A stretch of 64,000 bases of DNA, from contig NIVC01001001.1 in NCBI GenBank assembly GCA_002269645.1, positions 124,001 through 188,000 of the forward strand. Reading direction: 5' to 3'. Positions 1 to 13,185 of the stretch are shown in pieces; within the stretch, counting starts at the first letter, position 1, and every line of letters begins with the position of its first letter. Position numbers and translations under genes: made by a program. Below the pieces are notes generated by a model that saw only the letters and a list, made by a program, of their open reading frames with translations, was not told the DNA's origin and did not search any database. Source of the DNA: Macrostomum lignano. Lineage: Eukaryota.

Positions 1-1600
1 GATTGCTAATCTACTCTATATTTATCACAAATTAGAATGGATTGCTAATCTACTCTATATTTATCACAAATTAGAATGGATTGCTAATCTACTCTATATT
101 TATCACAACTATTAGAATGGATTGCTAATTTACTCTATAATTATCACAACTATTAGAATGGATTGCTAATCTACTCTATATTTATCACAAATTAGAATGG
201 ATTGCTAATCTACTCTATATTTATCACAAATTAGAATGGATTGCTAATCTACTCTATATTTATCACAAATTAGAATGGATTGCTAATTTACTCTATAATT
301 ATCACAAATTAGAATGGATTGCTAATCTACTCTATATTTATCACAACTATTAGAATGGATTGCTAATCTACTCTATATTTATCACAAATTAGAATGGATT
401 GCTAATCTACTCTATATTTATCACAAATTAGAATGGATTGCTAATTTACTCTATAATTATCACAAATTAGAATGGATTGCTAATCTACTCTATATTTATC
501 ACAACTATTAGAATGGATTGCTAATCTACTCTGTATTTATCACAAATTAGAATGGATTGCTAATCTACTCTATATTTATCACAAATTAGAATGGATTGCT
601 AATTTACTCTATAATTATCACAACTATTAGAATGGATTGCTAATCTACTCTATATTTATCACAAATTAGAATGGATTGCTAATCTACTCTATATTTATCA
701 CAAATTAGAATGGATTGCTAATCTACTCTATATTTATCACAAATTAGAATGGATTGCTAATTTACTCTATAATTATCACAAATTAGAATGGATTGCTAAT
801 CTACTCTATATTTATCACAACTATTAGAATGGATTGCTAATCTACTCTATATTTATCACAAATTAGAATGGATTGCTAATTTACTCTATAATTATCACAA
901 ATTAGAATGGATTGCTAATTTACTCTATATTTATCACAAATTAGAATGGATTGCTAATCTACTCTGTATTTATCACAACTATTAGAATGGATTGCTAATT
1001 TACTCTATATTTATCACAACTATTAGAATGGATTGCTAATCTACTCTGTATTTATCACAACTATTAGAATGGATTGCTAATTTACTCTATATTTATCACA
1101 ACTATTAGAATGGATTGCTAATCTACTCTGTATTTATCACAACTATTAGAATGGATTGCTAATCTACTCTATATTTATCACAACTATTAGAATGGATTGC
1201 TAATCTACTCTATATTTATCACAACTATTAGAATGGATTGCTAATCTACTCTGTATTTATCACAAATTAGAATGGATTGCTAATCTACTCTATAATTATC
1301 ACAACTATTAGAATGGATTGCTAATCTACTCTATATTTATCACAAATTAGAATGGATTGCTAATCTACTCTGTATTTATCACAAATTAGAATGGATTGCT
1401 AATTTACTCTATATTTATCACAAATTAGAATGGATTGCTAATCTACTCTATATTTATCACAAATTAGAATGGATTGCTAATCTACTCTGTATTTATCACA
1501 AATTAGAATGGATTGCTAATCTACTCTATATTTATCACAAATTAGAATGGATTGCTAATCTACTCTATAATTATCACAACTATTAGAACGGATTGCTAAT
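1..1600. repeat. Minisatellite, 39/41-bp unit GATTGCTAATCTACTCTATATTTATCACAA(CT)ATTAGAATG; runs off the window start
   Basis: Directly visible tandem array. Confidence 0.97.
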
Positions 1601-2164
1601 CTGTTCTATATACTAGGCAGATTTTAATGGATTGCTAATCTATTGCGTGTCAGAATCATAACTTACCGCTGACATCTCAAGCGCAGATAAATCAAATATA
1701 TATTGTAAAACAAGTTTTTATTGACAAAAATACGTTGCAAATTTTTCTGACTGAAGCCTTTGATATTTTAGAGTTAGATAAGCTAATAAATCACTGCTTG
1801 TCAAGAGCAACCTGTTCTATGCAGCTGGCAGTTACAGGCTGAATTATTGATTAACAATGCTGCTCATAAATCTTAATCACGGAGACCAGCCTTTTTCTTG
1901 TCCTGAACGGGTGCCAGATTTATTCAATTCAAAGCATCTGGGACTTGGATGCATTTCTGCGAAGAAAGATGTTTTTTCTGTTAGATAATTAAATCTCTAA
2001 TTTATCCGAATCGTTATAGGAATATGGTGAGCGAGATTAGTGCGCAGGCAGGTGATAATTTGATGATGAATACTGATTTCTTTGATTGGGCATCTCTGCA
2101 ATCAATTATTCAAACTGTTTTTCTTATCTGGCTATTTATAATTTCATTTGTCTGACTGTCTGCG

Positions 2165-3255
2165 TCACTCACTCTGCATCTCTAATCTCACTCTGAGTCT
2201 CTAATCTCTCAGTCTGAGTCTAATCTCTCAGTCTGAGTCTAATCTCTCAGTCTGAGTCTTATCTCTCAGTCTGAGTCTCTAATCTCTCAGTCTGAGTCTC
2301 TAATCTCTCACTCTGAGTCTCTAATCTCTAAGTCTGATCTCTAATCTCTCGGTCTGAGTCTCTAATCTCTAAGTCTGAGACTCTAATCTCTCAGTCTGAG
2401 TCTAATCTCTCAGTCTGAGTCTAATCTCTCAGTCTGAGTCTTATCTCTCAGTCTGAGTCTCTAATCTTTCAGTCTGAGTCTCTAATCTCTCACTCTGAGT
2501 CTCTAATCTCTCACTCTGCGTCTCTAATCTCTCACTCTGAGTCTCTAATCTCTCACTCTGAGTCTCTAATCTCTAAGTCTGAGTCTCTAATCTCTCGGTC
2601 TGAGTCTCTAATCTCTCACTGTGGGTCTAATCTCTTAGTCTGAGTCTCTAATCTCTCAGTCTGAGTATCTAATCTCAGTCTGAATCTCTAATCTCATACT
2701 CTGCATCTCTAATCTCACTCTGAGTATCTAATCTCTCAGTCTGAGTCTAATCTCTCAGTCTGAGTCTAATCTCTCAGTCTGAGTCTAATTTCTCAGTCTG
2801 AGTCTTATCTCTCAGTCTGAGTCTCTAATCTCTCAGTCTGAGTCTCTAATCTCTCACTCTGAGTCTCTAATCTCTAAGTCTGATCTCTAATCTCTCGGTC
2901 TGAGTCTCTAATCTCTAAGTCTGAGACTCTAATCTCTCAGTCTGAGTCTAATCTCTAAGTCTGAGTCTCTAATCTCTCAGTCTGAGTCTAATCTCTCAGT
3001 CTGAGTCTAATCTCTCAGTCTGAGTCTAATCTCTCAGTCTGAGTCTAATCTCTCAGTCTGAGTCTTATCTCTCAGTCTGAGTCTCTAATCTTTCAGTCTG
3101 AGTCTCTAATCTCTAAGTCTGAGTCTCTAATCTCTCGGTCTGAGTCTCTAATCTCTCACTGTGGGTCTAATCTCTTAGTCTGAGTCTCTAATCTCTCAGT
3201 CTGAGTATCTAATCTCAGTCTGAATCTCTAATCTCATACTCTGAATCTCTAATCA
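2165..3255. repeat. Minisatellite, ~19-21-bp unit TCTCTAATCTCTCAGTCTGAG
   Basis: Directly visible tandem array with internal higher-order duplications. Confidence 0.95.
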
Positions 3256-3726
3256 CCTAGACTGCACTTGCATTCTCCATCACCCTCTCACTAATCCTAT
3301 TCGGTATTAATATCTATTTATAACTGTCCCATTATCAGCGAACTCTACCTAGCTCGCACATGCAGCTGTCAGCATCATATTTTTTATCTTGTTCGATTCG
3401 AAGTTTGTCAGAAAATGAGTGGCAGCCTGAATGCTTCTGCAAATATGGATTATTCAAAGCATTTGACCATGGCTTCGCCTGGGCCAGGGCCGTCGCTAAA
3501 AGGCTTCTATGTGTCAGATATGATCCTGGAGTTGACAAAAACTAGTCATCTTTTCTTGTACATGTAGCTTAAAATTAACTGTGTTCTCGTCCGAGTGTGT
3601 ATGGTGCCTGATGATAAACTGCATTAGTTACTGCTAAATCATTGAGTCAGTTTTATTGCGCGAATGTACATATCGCTCAATGTACATTAACAGGCAGTCT
3701 ATGGCATTGTGCTAACCATCCTCTTA

Positions 3727-3817
3727 GGGCCGGTTCACATTACCACAAGTAGCTCTTTGGATCACATATCACACAAATCAATCTGGGACCCACAGAGCTA
3801 CAATTGTGAACCAGCCT
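3727..3817. mobile_element. Possible ~90-bp Harbinger-type MITE
   Basis: Inverted ends GGGCCGGTTCACA / TGTGAACCAGCCT flanked by TTA and TAA. The putative TSD copies are not identical. Confidence 0.4.
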
Positions 3818-3914
3818 TAATGCTGCATGGGTTAGTGATACTGTAAATGTATTTATATTTTCATTTTTATAGGTAGAGATGAGAGTTGAATCGAAGACAC
3901 ACTAAGGCAGGCAG

Positions 3915-4430
3915 ATACTATGTAAGACACACTGACACTGAGGCAGACGGACAGGCAAACAGTCAAACGGACAGACAAACAGACAGACACAGTAGACAGA
4001 CAGACAGACAGACACAGTAGACAAACAGACAGACAAACAGTCAGACAGACACAGTCGACAGACAGACAGACAGACAGACACAGTAGACAGACAGACAGAC
4101 ACAGTAGACAGACAGACAGACGAACGGCAGACAAACAGACAGACAGACAGACAGACGAACGGACAGACAGACAGACAGACGAACGGCAGACAGACAAACA
4201 GACAGACAGACAGACGAACGGCAGACAAACAGACAGACAGACAGACAGACGAACGGCAGACAAACAAACAGACAGACAGACAGACGAACGGCAGACAAAC
4301 AGACAGACAGACAGACAGACGAACGGCAGACAAACAAACAGACAGACAGACAGACGAACGGCAGACAAACAGACAGACAGACAGACAGACAAACGGACAG
4401 ACAGACAGACAGACAAGCAGACAGATAGAC
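3915..4430. repeat. (AGAC)n-derived compound microsatellite
   Basis: Visible; accounts for the SVCL-repeat ORFs. Confidence 0.95.
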
Positions 4431-5169
4431 CATGCAATTATCTGATATTTAATATTGCTTTAGATAGACATGTACGATCGTACAAGAAATTAGTGCCAAT
4501 AAAATTTTTAAACGCCAAAGGGTGTCTCTTGTTTTATTTAAGGGTTATAGCTTACAGATGTCAATAATTTGAGGTTTTTACACAGCAAATGTGTGTAGGT
4601 AAATACGCCTGTAGTGTAGAAATATTATTGCATGCGAAATCAGGTGGTGCAGAACAATCAAGTGGCAGTTTTACTCCAACTCCCCACTCTCTCCTCACCA
4701 GCCTAAGCTGAAGCCTTACGACACAAAATGCACCAACTCCAGGTGAGACGAATCAATTGGTGATTTGATCATTTGGTGCTGAAATTTGAGAAAAGCTGCA
4801 TCACTGGTTCCTCTAAAGGGTGGAAACTTTAACATTTGTTGCTGCTGGGTGCATGTACATAATGAGCAGTGAGCATTGCACGAGTATGCATGACAAGAAA
4901 TCGCGATAATACCGTAAGTCATTCTTCGTATAACTAGCCATTGCATGGATGCTGCTGAGGAAGTGTAGTAATTTCTATTCCTTCTTCCATGAGCAAGCTG
5001 TGTCATAAGTCCCCAGGAAGCGACACTCAAAGTTGACGTCTTATCAGTTTATTATGATCCCAATCAGACAGAGTGAGAGGGCGGGCATTGAAAGCGTATT
5101 TTTTTAGAAAAAAACCGACCATTTTTCTGAGTTGGGTCTACTGTACTTTTGACTGTCCCAAATTGACTG

Positions 5170-5298
5170 CCTAACCTAGCCCTAAACCTGACCTAAACCC
5201 CAACTCCAACCTAAACCCTAACCCCAACCCCAACCTAAAACCCAACCCCAATCTAACCTAAACCTAAACCACAACCTAAACCCCAACCCCAACCTAAA
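5170..5298. repeat. Degenerate CCCTAA/CCCCAA-like low-complexity tract
   Basis: aaccctaaccccaaccccaacctaaa; too degenerate to call telomeric. Confidence 0.6.
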
Positions 5299-5484
5299 TC
5301 ATTGCCAGTCATAAGTCGGGGAAATGCTTCTGAGATTTCTAAGAAAGAATAGACAGGGTCACCATAGAACCACCGCGTACAATCTCGTGGGCATAGTAGA
5401 AGCCACCCTGGGCTGTACATTTAAACAGATTGATTGAGTGCCGCAGTTGCTGACAATTTTCTACATAAAAAATCCAACTGGGTG

Positions 5485-6778
5485 TTAAACATCGGCTACG
5501 CTTTCAACCGTGTCCTGAGCCACCAGCAGCCGGTGCCGTTGGCTCTGCACCACCAGCAGGCCCTGCAGACTGTAGCCCTCCTCCTCCTCCCCATCTTCAT
5601 CATCATCATCATTTTCTTGCTCGCCACGGCCTCTCCGTCGGCGTCGCCTTCGCCTTAGCCGGTTGAGAATCCTGGCCCGCAGGCAGCAGCCAGTGGCGAC
5701 GCCGATGACACACACGGCCGCGGGCAGGGTCAGGAGCAGCACGGATGGGTGGATCGGCAGCGATGGGAATTTGCGAGGAAGCAGGGCGATGGCGAGCGCC
5801 AGTAGGATGGCAAAACTGATCAGGCTGATCCAGATATACCGGCTGGCGATTGACAGCTCCTGACGGTCTGTGTCGCTCAGCTGAAGCTGACGATCCGAGC
5901 GAAGGAGTCGGCAGCGGGTCAGGCGGGTCAGGACCGATCCGAGCCGGGAGGTCGGCTTGGTGCGAGCACCGGCGCTGGCGCTGCTGGGGCTCTGCTGTAG
6001 TTTGGAGGAGGGTTAGTTGATGAAGAGGGCGGTTTCTATGGCTGAATGCGGCGGTGTGGGGCGGATCTAGCTAGGGATGGGGGCGGATCTAGCTAGGGAT
6101 GGGGCGGATCCAGCTACGGATGGGGGCGGATCTAGCTAGGGATAGGGCGGATCTAGCTACGGATGGGGGCGGATGTAGCTAGGGATAGGGCGGATCCAGC
6201 TGGGGATGCGGCGGATCTAGCTACGGATGGGGGCGGATCTAGCTAGAGATGGGGCGGATCTAGCTAGGGATGGGGGCGGATCTAGCTACGGATGGGGGTG
6301 GATTCAGCTAGGGATGGGGGCGGATCTAGCTAGGGATGGGGGCGGATCTAGCTAGGGATGGGGCGGATCTAGCTAGGGATGGGGGCGGATCTAGCCAGGG
6401 ATGGGGGCGGATCCAGCTGGGGATGGGGGCGGATCTAGCTAGGGATGGGGGCGGATCTAGCTAGGGATGGGGCGGATCTAGCTAGGGATGGGGGCGGATC
6501 TAGCTAGGGATGGGGGCGGATCTAGCCAGGGATGGGGGCGGATCTAGCTACGGATGGGGGCGGATCTAGCTACGGATGGGGGCGGATCTAGCTAGGGAGG
6601 GGTATTATGTCAGTAGATTCTGTCCTCGGGTCAAGACGCTGACACATCAGTCAGCTGAAGGACTAACAAGATACGCCACGCAGTCGCAGTTTGCCAATGC
6701 ACTTACCTGTACCTTCACCTGTTCAACAATTAAATCAGCATTGCTTGCAGTCGTTGGTGGCGAGTTCAGATGCTCCAT
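5485..6778 (-). CDS. Two-exon gene for a ~193-aa protein with two predicted TM helices; function unknown
   Basis: Exon1 6778-6707 (MEHLNSPPTTASNADLIVEQVKVQ, donor CAG|gtaagt) joins in phase 0 to exon2 5994-5485 (acceptor actaac...ctacag|). Exon2 encodes YIWISLISFAILLALAIALLP...VLLLTLPAAVCVIGVATGCC, then a poly-Arg run and an acidic tract. Start codon assignment uncertain. Confidence 0.75.
6058..6597. repeat. Intronic minisatellite, 22-23-bp unit GGGGCGGATCTAGCTAGGGAT
   Basis: Visible array filling most of the intron of the two-TM gene. Confidence 0.95.
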
Positions 6779-7249
6779 GACATTCAGCTTAGTGATGTGG
6801 CAGCAAAGAATCAGATTGCTAATGGAGAACTCTCTTATAGTGTATTGTGTATAGTGGAAATTTTCCTATCAATTTCCTATCATTCGCCTTGGGGCTAAGG
6901 AGGGTTCCCACCGTTTGTGTCTGTCTCTCTGTCTCTCTCTCCAGATGCCTACCCCTCCGTCTCTTTTCTCCCCTCTGATACGACAGAGCGGTGCAGTCAG
7001 CAGCGCATTTGCTAGATTCGCCACGCCACGTCCAAATGCACTGCCAGCGCATACCCCAGCCCTGGAGGTATGACAGCGCTGCTTCAGCCTGAGAGAGATG
7101 AGCTACTGAGCAATGCGACTCTGTCTCTGGCTGCCATGAGGCAAGCAAACATTCATGCTTTACAGTGCCGCATGGCAGATGAGAGTGAACTTATGGGAAT
7201 GGATTTTTTTGCGACTCTGAGCTGACACGAGAGAGCGATACTGGACGGC

Positions 7250-7680
7250 AGACACTGAGGCAGACACTGAGGTAGACACTGAGACAGACACTGAGACAGA
7301 CACTGAGACAGACACTGAGACAGACACTGAGACAGACACTGAGACAGACACTGAGACAGACACTGAGACAGACACTGAGACAGACACTGAGACAGACACT
7401 GAGACAGACACTGAGACAGACACTGAGACAGACACTGAGACAGACACTGAGACAGACACTGAGACAGACACTGAGACAGACACTGAGACACTGAGACAGA
7501 CACTGAGACACTGAGACAGACACTGGGACACTGAGACAGACACTGAGACACTGAGACAGACACTGAGACACTGAGACAGACACTGAGACAGACACTGAGA
7601 CAGACACTAAGACAGACACTGAGACAGACACTGAGACAGACACTGAGACAGACACTGAGACAGACACTGAGACAGACACT
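7250..7680. repeat. 12-bp tandem repeat GAGACAGACACT
   Basis: Visible; same unit in the opposite orientation at 12545-13185. Confidence 0.95.
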
Positions 7681-8224
7681 ACATTGTCGAGTGATGGTCA
7701 CAGGTCACAAACAGGCAATCCGCCCTATTTGAGTTCAGTAAGCTAAGATACGAGTTGATGGTTGGAAAACTGATTAGAAGGGATAGAATTGTGGAGGGGG
7801 TTGTTGGACAGCGCAGATTGACAGCTGGACGGAGACGTTGTCAGCAGCTATCTGTGCTCAGGTAGCAGCCAGGTACTGCATTTTTATCAGGAAGTTTGTT
7901 AAAGAAGGTGCTGTATTTTTGAACTTGTAGGTTCTTACCGCAGCTACAGAGTGTACGAAGCAGGCTGCATGTTATGCAAAGCCACTATGGCTCTTTTTTC
8001 TATGGCTGCATGCAGCCCCGGCTTTACGCCCAAGTTACACTTGAACCCATTTTTTCTCTTGTCTGTCTCTCCGATAGGTTTCATAGCCAGTTTTTTTATC
8101 AGAGATTCTAAGCAGTGCCGACAATTTGATTGACAGTCTCGCTTTGCTGGCTTTGCTTTTGTACCTTTTCTGTCGCAGTTATTGGCTAGAGAGGCTGAAT
8201 CAGCTGCGCTGTGGGAGAGAGAGA

Positions 8225-9372
8225 CTGACTGGAAGGTAAGAGGGAGAGGGGGAGACTGGAGGGGAAAGATGGAGATGGTTATAGACTGGAGGAGGGTAAG
8301 AAGGAGAGGGTTAGACGGAAGAGTAAGAGGGAGAGGGAACATTGGAGAGTAAGAGAGAGAGAGAGGGGAGACTGGAGGGTAAGAGGGAAGACTGGAGGGT
8401 AAGAGGGGAGACTGGAGGGTAAGAGGGGAGACTGGAGGGTAAAAGGGGAGACTGGAGGGTAAGAGGGGAGACTGGAGGGTAAGAGGGGAGACTGGAGGGT
8501 AAGAGGGGAGACTGGAGGGTAAGAGGGGAGACTGGAGGGTAAGAGGGGAGACTAAAGGGTAAGAAAGGAGACTGGAGGGTAAGAGGGGAGACTGAAGGGT
8601 AAGAGGGGAGACTGGAGGGTAAGAGGGGAGACTGGGGAGACTGGAGGGTAAGAGGGGAGACTGGAGGGTAAGAGGGGAGACTGGAGGGTAAGAGGGGAGA
8701 CTAAAGGGTAAGAAAGGAGACTGGAGGGTAAGAGGGGAGACTGAAGGGTAAGAGGGGAGACTGGAGGGTAAGAGGGGAGACTGGAGGGTAAGAGGGGAGA
8801 CTGGAGGGTAAGAGGGGAGACTAAAGGGTAAGAAAGGAGACTGGAGGGTAAGAAGGGAGACTGGAGGGTAAAAGGGGAGACTGGAGGGTAAGAGGGGAGA
8901 CTGAAGGGTAAGAGGGGAGACTGGAGGGTAAGAGGGGAGACTGGAGGGTAAGAGGGGAGACTAAAGGGTAAGAGGGGAGACTAAAGGGTAAGAAAGGAGA
9001 CTGGAGGGTAAGAGGGGAGACTGGAGGGTAAGAGGGGAGACTGGAGGGTAAGAGGGGAGACTGGAGGGTAAGAGGGGAGACTGGAGGGTAAGAGGGGAGA
9101 CTGGAGGGTAAGAGGGGAGACTAAAGGGTAAGAGGGGAGACTAAAGGGTAAGAAAGGAGACTGGAGGGTAAGAGGGGAGACTGGAGGGTAAGAGGGGAGA
9201 CTGGAGGGTAAGAGGGGAGACTGGAGGGTAAGAGGGGAGACTGGAGGGTAAGAGGGGAGACTGGAGGGTAAGAAGGGAGACTGGAGGGTAAGAGGGGAGA
9301 CTGGAGGGTAAGAGGGGAGACTGGAGGGTAAGAGGGGAGACTGGAGGGTAAGAGGGGAGACTGGAGGGTAGG
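8225..9372. repeat. Purine-rich 20-bp minisatellite ACTGGAGGGTAAGAGGGGAG
   Basis: Visible array. Confidence 0.96.
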
Positions 9373-10139
9373 AGGGAAGTGCGGAAGAGTTTTAACTATT
9401 TGTAGTGAGCTTAGTGAATGAACAGCTCTCATTATTTATTTTCTACATTTAATTTTCTCTAACTTTTTCTGTGACATTACTGGCAGTAGCACTTTAGACA
9501 AGCATATTAACTACAACCATTATGCATTATGCGATGCCGGCCGCAAATCAGTAAAAGTTTCGGCAAAAGTAATCTTCTAATCTCTTCAAGTGATTTTTCC
9601 CGACGATTTTGTCTATGGCAAAACCACATTGATTCAACGAGTGTTTCGAAGTTTGTTTCTGTAGAGTTGCAAATCAATCTGAGACGAAATTCGCAAGTCG
9701 GAAAGATGAGATTTTAAGAATTTTGTTGGTCAACCTGTCACAGATTAGCAATTGATTTATAATCCGAAATTTGGCTAATCCGATTGAGCAGCAATCAACT
9801 CAATCAGGCTAAGCATTCAGCACCCAGCGGGAAATCCTTTCGGCCTTTAATTCTCAAATTGCCCATAATCTCGATAAAATCCTGCATATCTCGTTAAGTG
9901 CCGTAGGGATCAGGAAGGGATTAAGTAGGAAAATTCGACTACTATGCAGTCAATTCAATTAGCTTCATCAGCGCGGCAGCTGGACAGTGGACAGTTATTA
10001 ATTAGCGAAGTTCTTGCAATTTAATAATAACAGAAAATAATATTTTTTTTTCAGAGGCCTCGTCAATAAGGTCAATACGCTGGGACTACTGCAGGCTTCA
10101 CATTTTCCATTCTTTAGAAAAAGTTTCGAACTTGTGAAT

Positions 10140-11535
10140 TATGATTATCATTGCGTCACTGATTCATGATTATCAATGCGTCACTGAATCATGATTATCA
10201 ATGTGTCACTGATTCATGATTATCAATGCGTCACTGAATCATGATTATCAATGCGTCACTGATTCATGATTATCAATGCGTCACTGAATCATGATTATCA
10301 ATGCGTCACTGATTCATGATTATCAATGCGTCACTGATTCATGATTATCAATGTGTCACTGATCACTGATTCATGATTATCAATGCGTCACTGATCACAG
10401 ATTCATGATTATCAATGCGGCACTGATTCATGATTATCAATGCGTCACTGATTCATGATTATCAATGCGTCACTGATTCATGATTATCAATGCGTCACTG
10501 ATCACTGATTCATGATTATCAATGCGTCACTGATCACAGATTCATGATTATCAATGCGTCACTGATCACAGATTCATGATTATCAATGCGTCACTGATTC
10601 ATGATTATCAATGCGTCACTGATTCATGATTATCAATGTGTCACTGATCACTGATTCATGATTATCAATGCGTCACTGATCACAGATTCATGATTATCAA
10701 TGCGTCACTGATCACAGATTCATGATTATCAATGCGTCACTGATCCATGATTATCAATGCGTGACTGATTCATGATTATCAATGCGTCACTGATTCATGA
10801 TTATCAATGTGTCACTGATCACTGATTCATGATTATCAATGCGTCACTGATCACAGATTCATGATTATCAATGCGGCACTGATTCATGATTATCAATGCG
10901 TCACTGATTCATGATTATCAATGCGTCACTGATCACAGATTCATGATTATCAATGCGGCACTGATTCATGATTATCAATGCGTCACTGATCACAGATTCA
11001 TGATTATCAATGCGTCACTGATCACTGATTCATGATTATCAATGCGTCACTGATTCATGATTATCAATGCGTCACTGATTCATGATTATCAATGCGTCAC
11101 TGATCCATGATTATCAATGCGTCACTGATTCATGATTATCAATGCGGCACTGATTCATGATTATCAATGCGTCACTGATTCATGATTATCAATGCGTCAC
11201 TGATTCATGATTATCAATGCGTCACTGATTCATGATTATCAATGCGTCACTGATCCATGATTATCAATGCGTCACTGATTCATGATTATCAATGCGGCAC
11301 TGATTCATGATTATCAATGTGTCACTGATCACTGATTCATGATTATCAATGTGTCACTGAATCATGATTATCATTGTGTCACTGATCACTGATTCATGAT
11401 TATCAATGTGTCACTGAATCATGATTATCATTGTGTCACTGATTCATGATTATCAATGTGTCACTGATCACTGATTCATGATTATCAATGTGTCACTGAA
11501 TCATGATTATCATTGTGTCACTGATTCATGATTGT
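10140..11535. repeat. 25-bp minisatellite GATTCATGATTATCAATGCGTCACT (with 32-bp variants)
   Basis: Visible array ending ~360 bp upstream of the neuropeptide TATA box. Confidence 0.96.
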
Positions 11536-11894
11536 CAGTGACATGTTAATAATCATAGTGACCCAGAAGCTGTTAAATAAATATGTCAGTAACGTTGATG
11601 ACGTGACGATTGAAAACTTTTTTTTCTTAAAATAGCGTTTTTAGCAGGACTTATATCCTGCTCGGAGAAATTCAATCCAACATCCATTAGCGCCAATTCT
11701 AATCTCGCAGAGTCCAGCACAGCTCAATTAAAGCTGCGGAACTTGAAGTGGCTTAGTTGGATTCTTGTTGCTTAGGTCATTGCAGCCGCATCCTTGATGT
11801 AACCCTATTATCCAAGCATTTTTCCATGCAGTGCTCCGACAGAGCTGTCCAATAACAGCGGCCGAAGCTATCGGGAAAACTGCCTGCTGCGAGC

Positions 11895-11904
11895 ATATAT
11901 AAAA
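11895..11904 (+). promoter_or_regulatory. Putative TATA box of the neuropeptide gene
   Basis: ATATATAAAA about 100 bp upstream of ATG 12004. Confidence 0.5.
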
Positions 11905-12003
11905 CTGCCCAGCAACTGACGCGGAACCGGGTACCGCTTTGCAGACCATTGCGAAAGGAAAGTCTCACCCCCGTAAACCTTGAATTGAACGGCCTTAGAG
12001 AAA

Positions 12004-12327
12004 ATGGAAGTTGCTTCCAGATCCGTCAGGCTATTTCTGCTTTTAGCTTTAGTCGGCGTCTTCGCGGATGCTGCTGTCGCACCTTCGGCTGGCTCTAAAC
12101 TGCTTGAGCAGTGCTGGCGACCCAATATGAGACATCGTTCACCGGCCGAGTTCAGAGACTGCGCCATCCGTATGCTGCTGAGCCACCGTCAGCGTCGCGG
12201 CAGCTTCAGCTTTGTCTCTCCGCTGCTCCGCAACCTGCACCACGTGCGCCTGCAGCCTGAGCAGCCTCAGAACTACGGAACAGGCAGCAGCTCAGCCTAT
12301 GGACCCAGTGTGATGCGGTTCGGCTGA
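12004..12327 (+). CDS. Secreted RFamide neuropeptide precursor (NKY/sNPF-like), 107 aa, single coding exon
   Basis: Hydrophobic signal peptide (VRLFLLLALVGVFADA), a Cys-Cys propeptide, dibasic RR, then a 41-aa peptide ending ...GPSVMRF-G-stop (Gly amide donor at the C terminus). Confidence 0.85.
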   Translation: MEVASRSVRLFLLLALVGVFADAAVAPSAGSKLLEQCWRPNMRHRSPAEFRDCAIRMLLSHRQRRGSFSFVSPLLRNLHHVRLQPEQPQNYGTGSSSAYGPSVMRFG

Positions 12328-12544
12328 TCAAACAAGCAGCGATTGTGCGAAACATGTTTCAGAGACTGAAACTTTTTGAAACTCGACCAGAAATTGACCC
12401 CCCCCTCAGAAACTTGTAGCCACTCTGAATGAGAATCTCAAAGTGTTAAAATTTCGAGACCCAAACAGCTGATGTCTCAGATCGAGGCGGTTGGCTCTTG
12501 ACGAAATATATTGTTAAAGAAAAGCCTATTGCCGATTTCAATTT

Positions 12545-13185
12545 AACTGTCTGCCTTTGTGTCTGCCTTTCTGTCTGTCTCAGTGTCTACTTTAGTGTCT
12601 GTCTTAGTGTCTGTCTTATTATCGATTTAAGTGTCTGCCTTAGTGTCTGCCTTAGTGCCTGTCTTAGTGTCTTTCTCAGTTTCAGTCTCAGTGTCTGTCT
12701 CAGTGTCTGTCTCAGTGTCTCTTAGTGTCTGCCTTAGTGTCTGTCTCAGTGTCTGTCTCAGTGTCTGTCTCAGTGTCTGTCTCAGTGTCTGTCTTAGTGT
12801 CTGTCTCAGTGTCTGTCTCAGTGTCTGTCTCAGTGTCTGTCTCAGTGTCTGTCTTAGTGTCTGTCTCAGTGTCTGTCTCAGTGTCTGTCTCAGTGTCTGT
12901 CTCAGTTTCTGTTTCAGTGTCTGTCTTGGTGTCTGTCTCAGTGTCTGTCTCAGTGTCTGTCTCAGTGTCTGTCTCAGTGTCTGTCTTAGTGTCTGTCTTA
13001 GTATCTGTCTTTGTGTCTGTCTCAGTGTCTGCCTCAGTGCCTGCCTCAGTGCCTGTCTCAGTGTCTGCTTTAGTGTCTGTCTCAGTGTCTGTCTCAGTGT
13101 CTGCCTTAGTGTCTGTCTCAGTGTCTGTCTCAGTGTCTGCCTTAGTGTCTGTCTCAGTGTCTGCTTTAGTGTCTGTCTGTCTTCC
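12545..13185. repeat. 12-bp tandem repeat AGTGTCTGTCTC
   Basis: Visible; reverse complement of the 7250-7680 unit. Confidence 0.95.

Noticed and set aside
4701-4912. Possible + strand exons (4701-4741; ~4819-4912) and nearby candidates at 3335-3545 and 1660-2060
   Set aside because: Splice signals look plausible, but the translations have no recognisable family, frames conflict between strands and no consistent gene model could be built. Needs RNA-seq.
5170-5298. Telomere or interstitial telomeric repeat
   Set aside because: Only isolated CCCTAA units in a degenerate C/A-rich tract.
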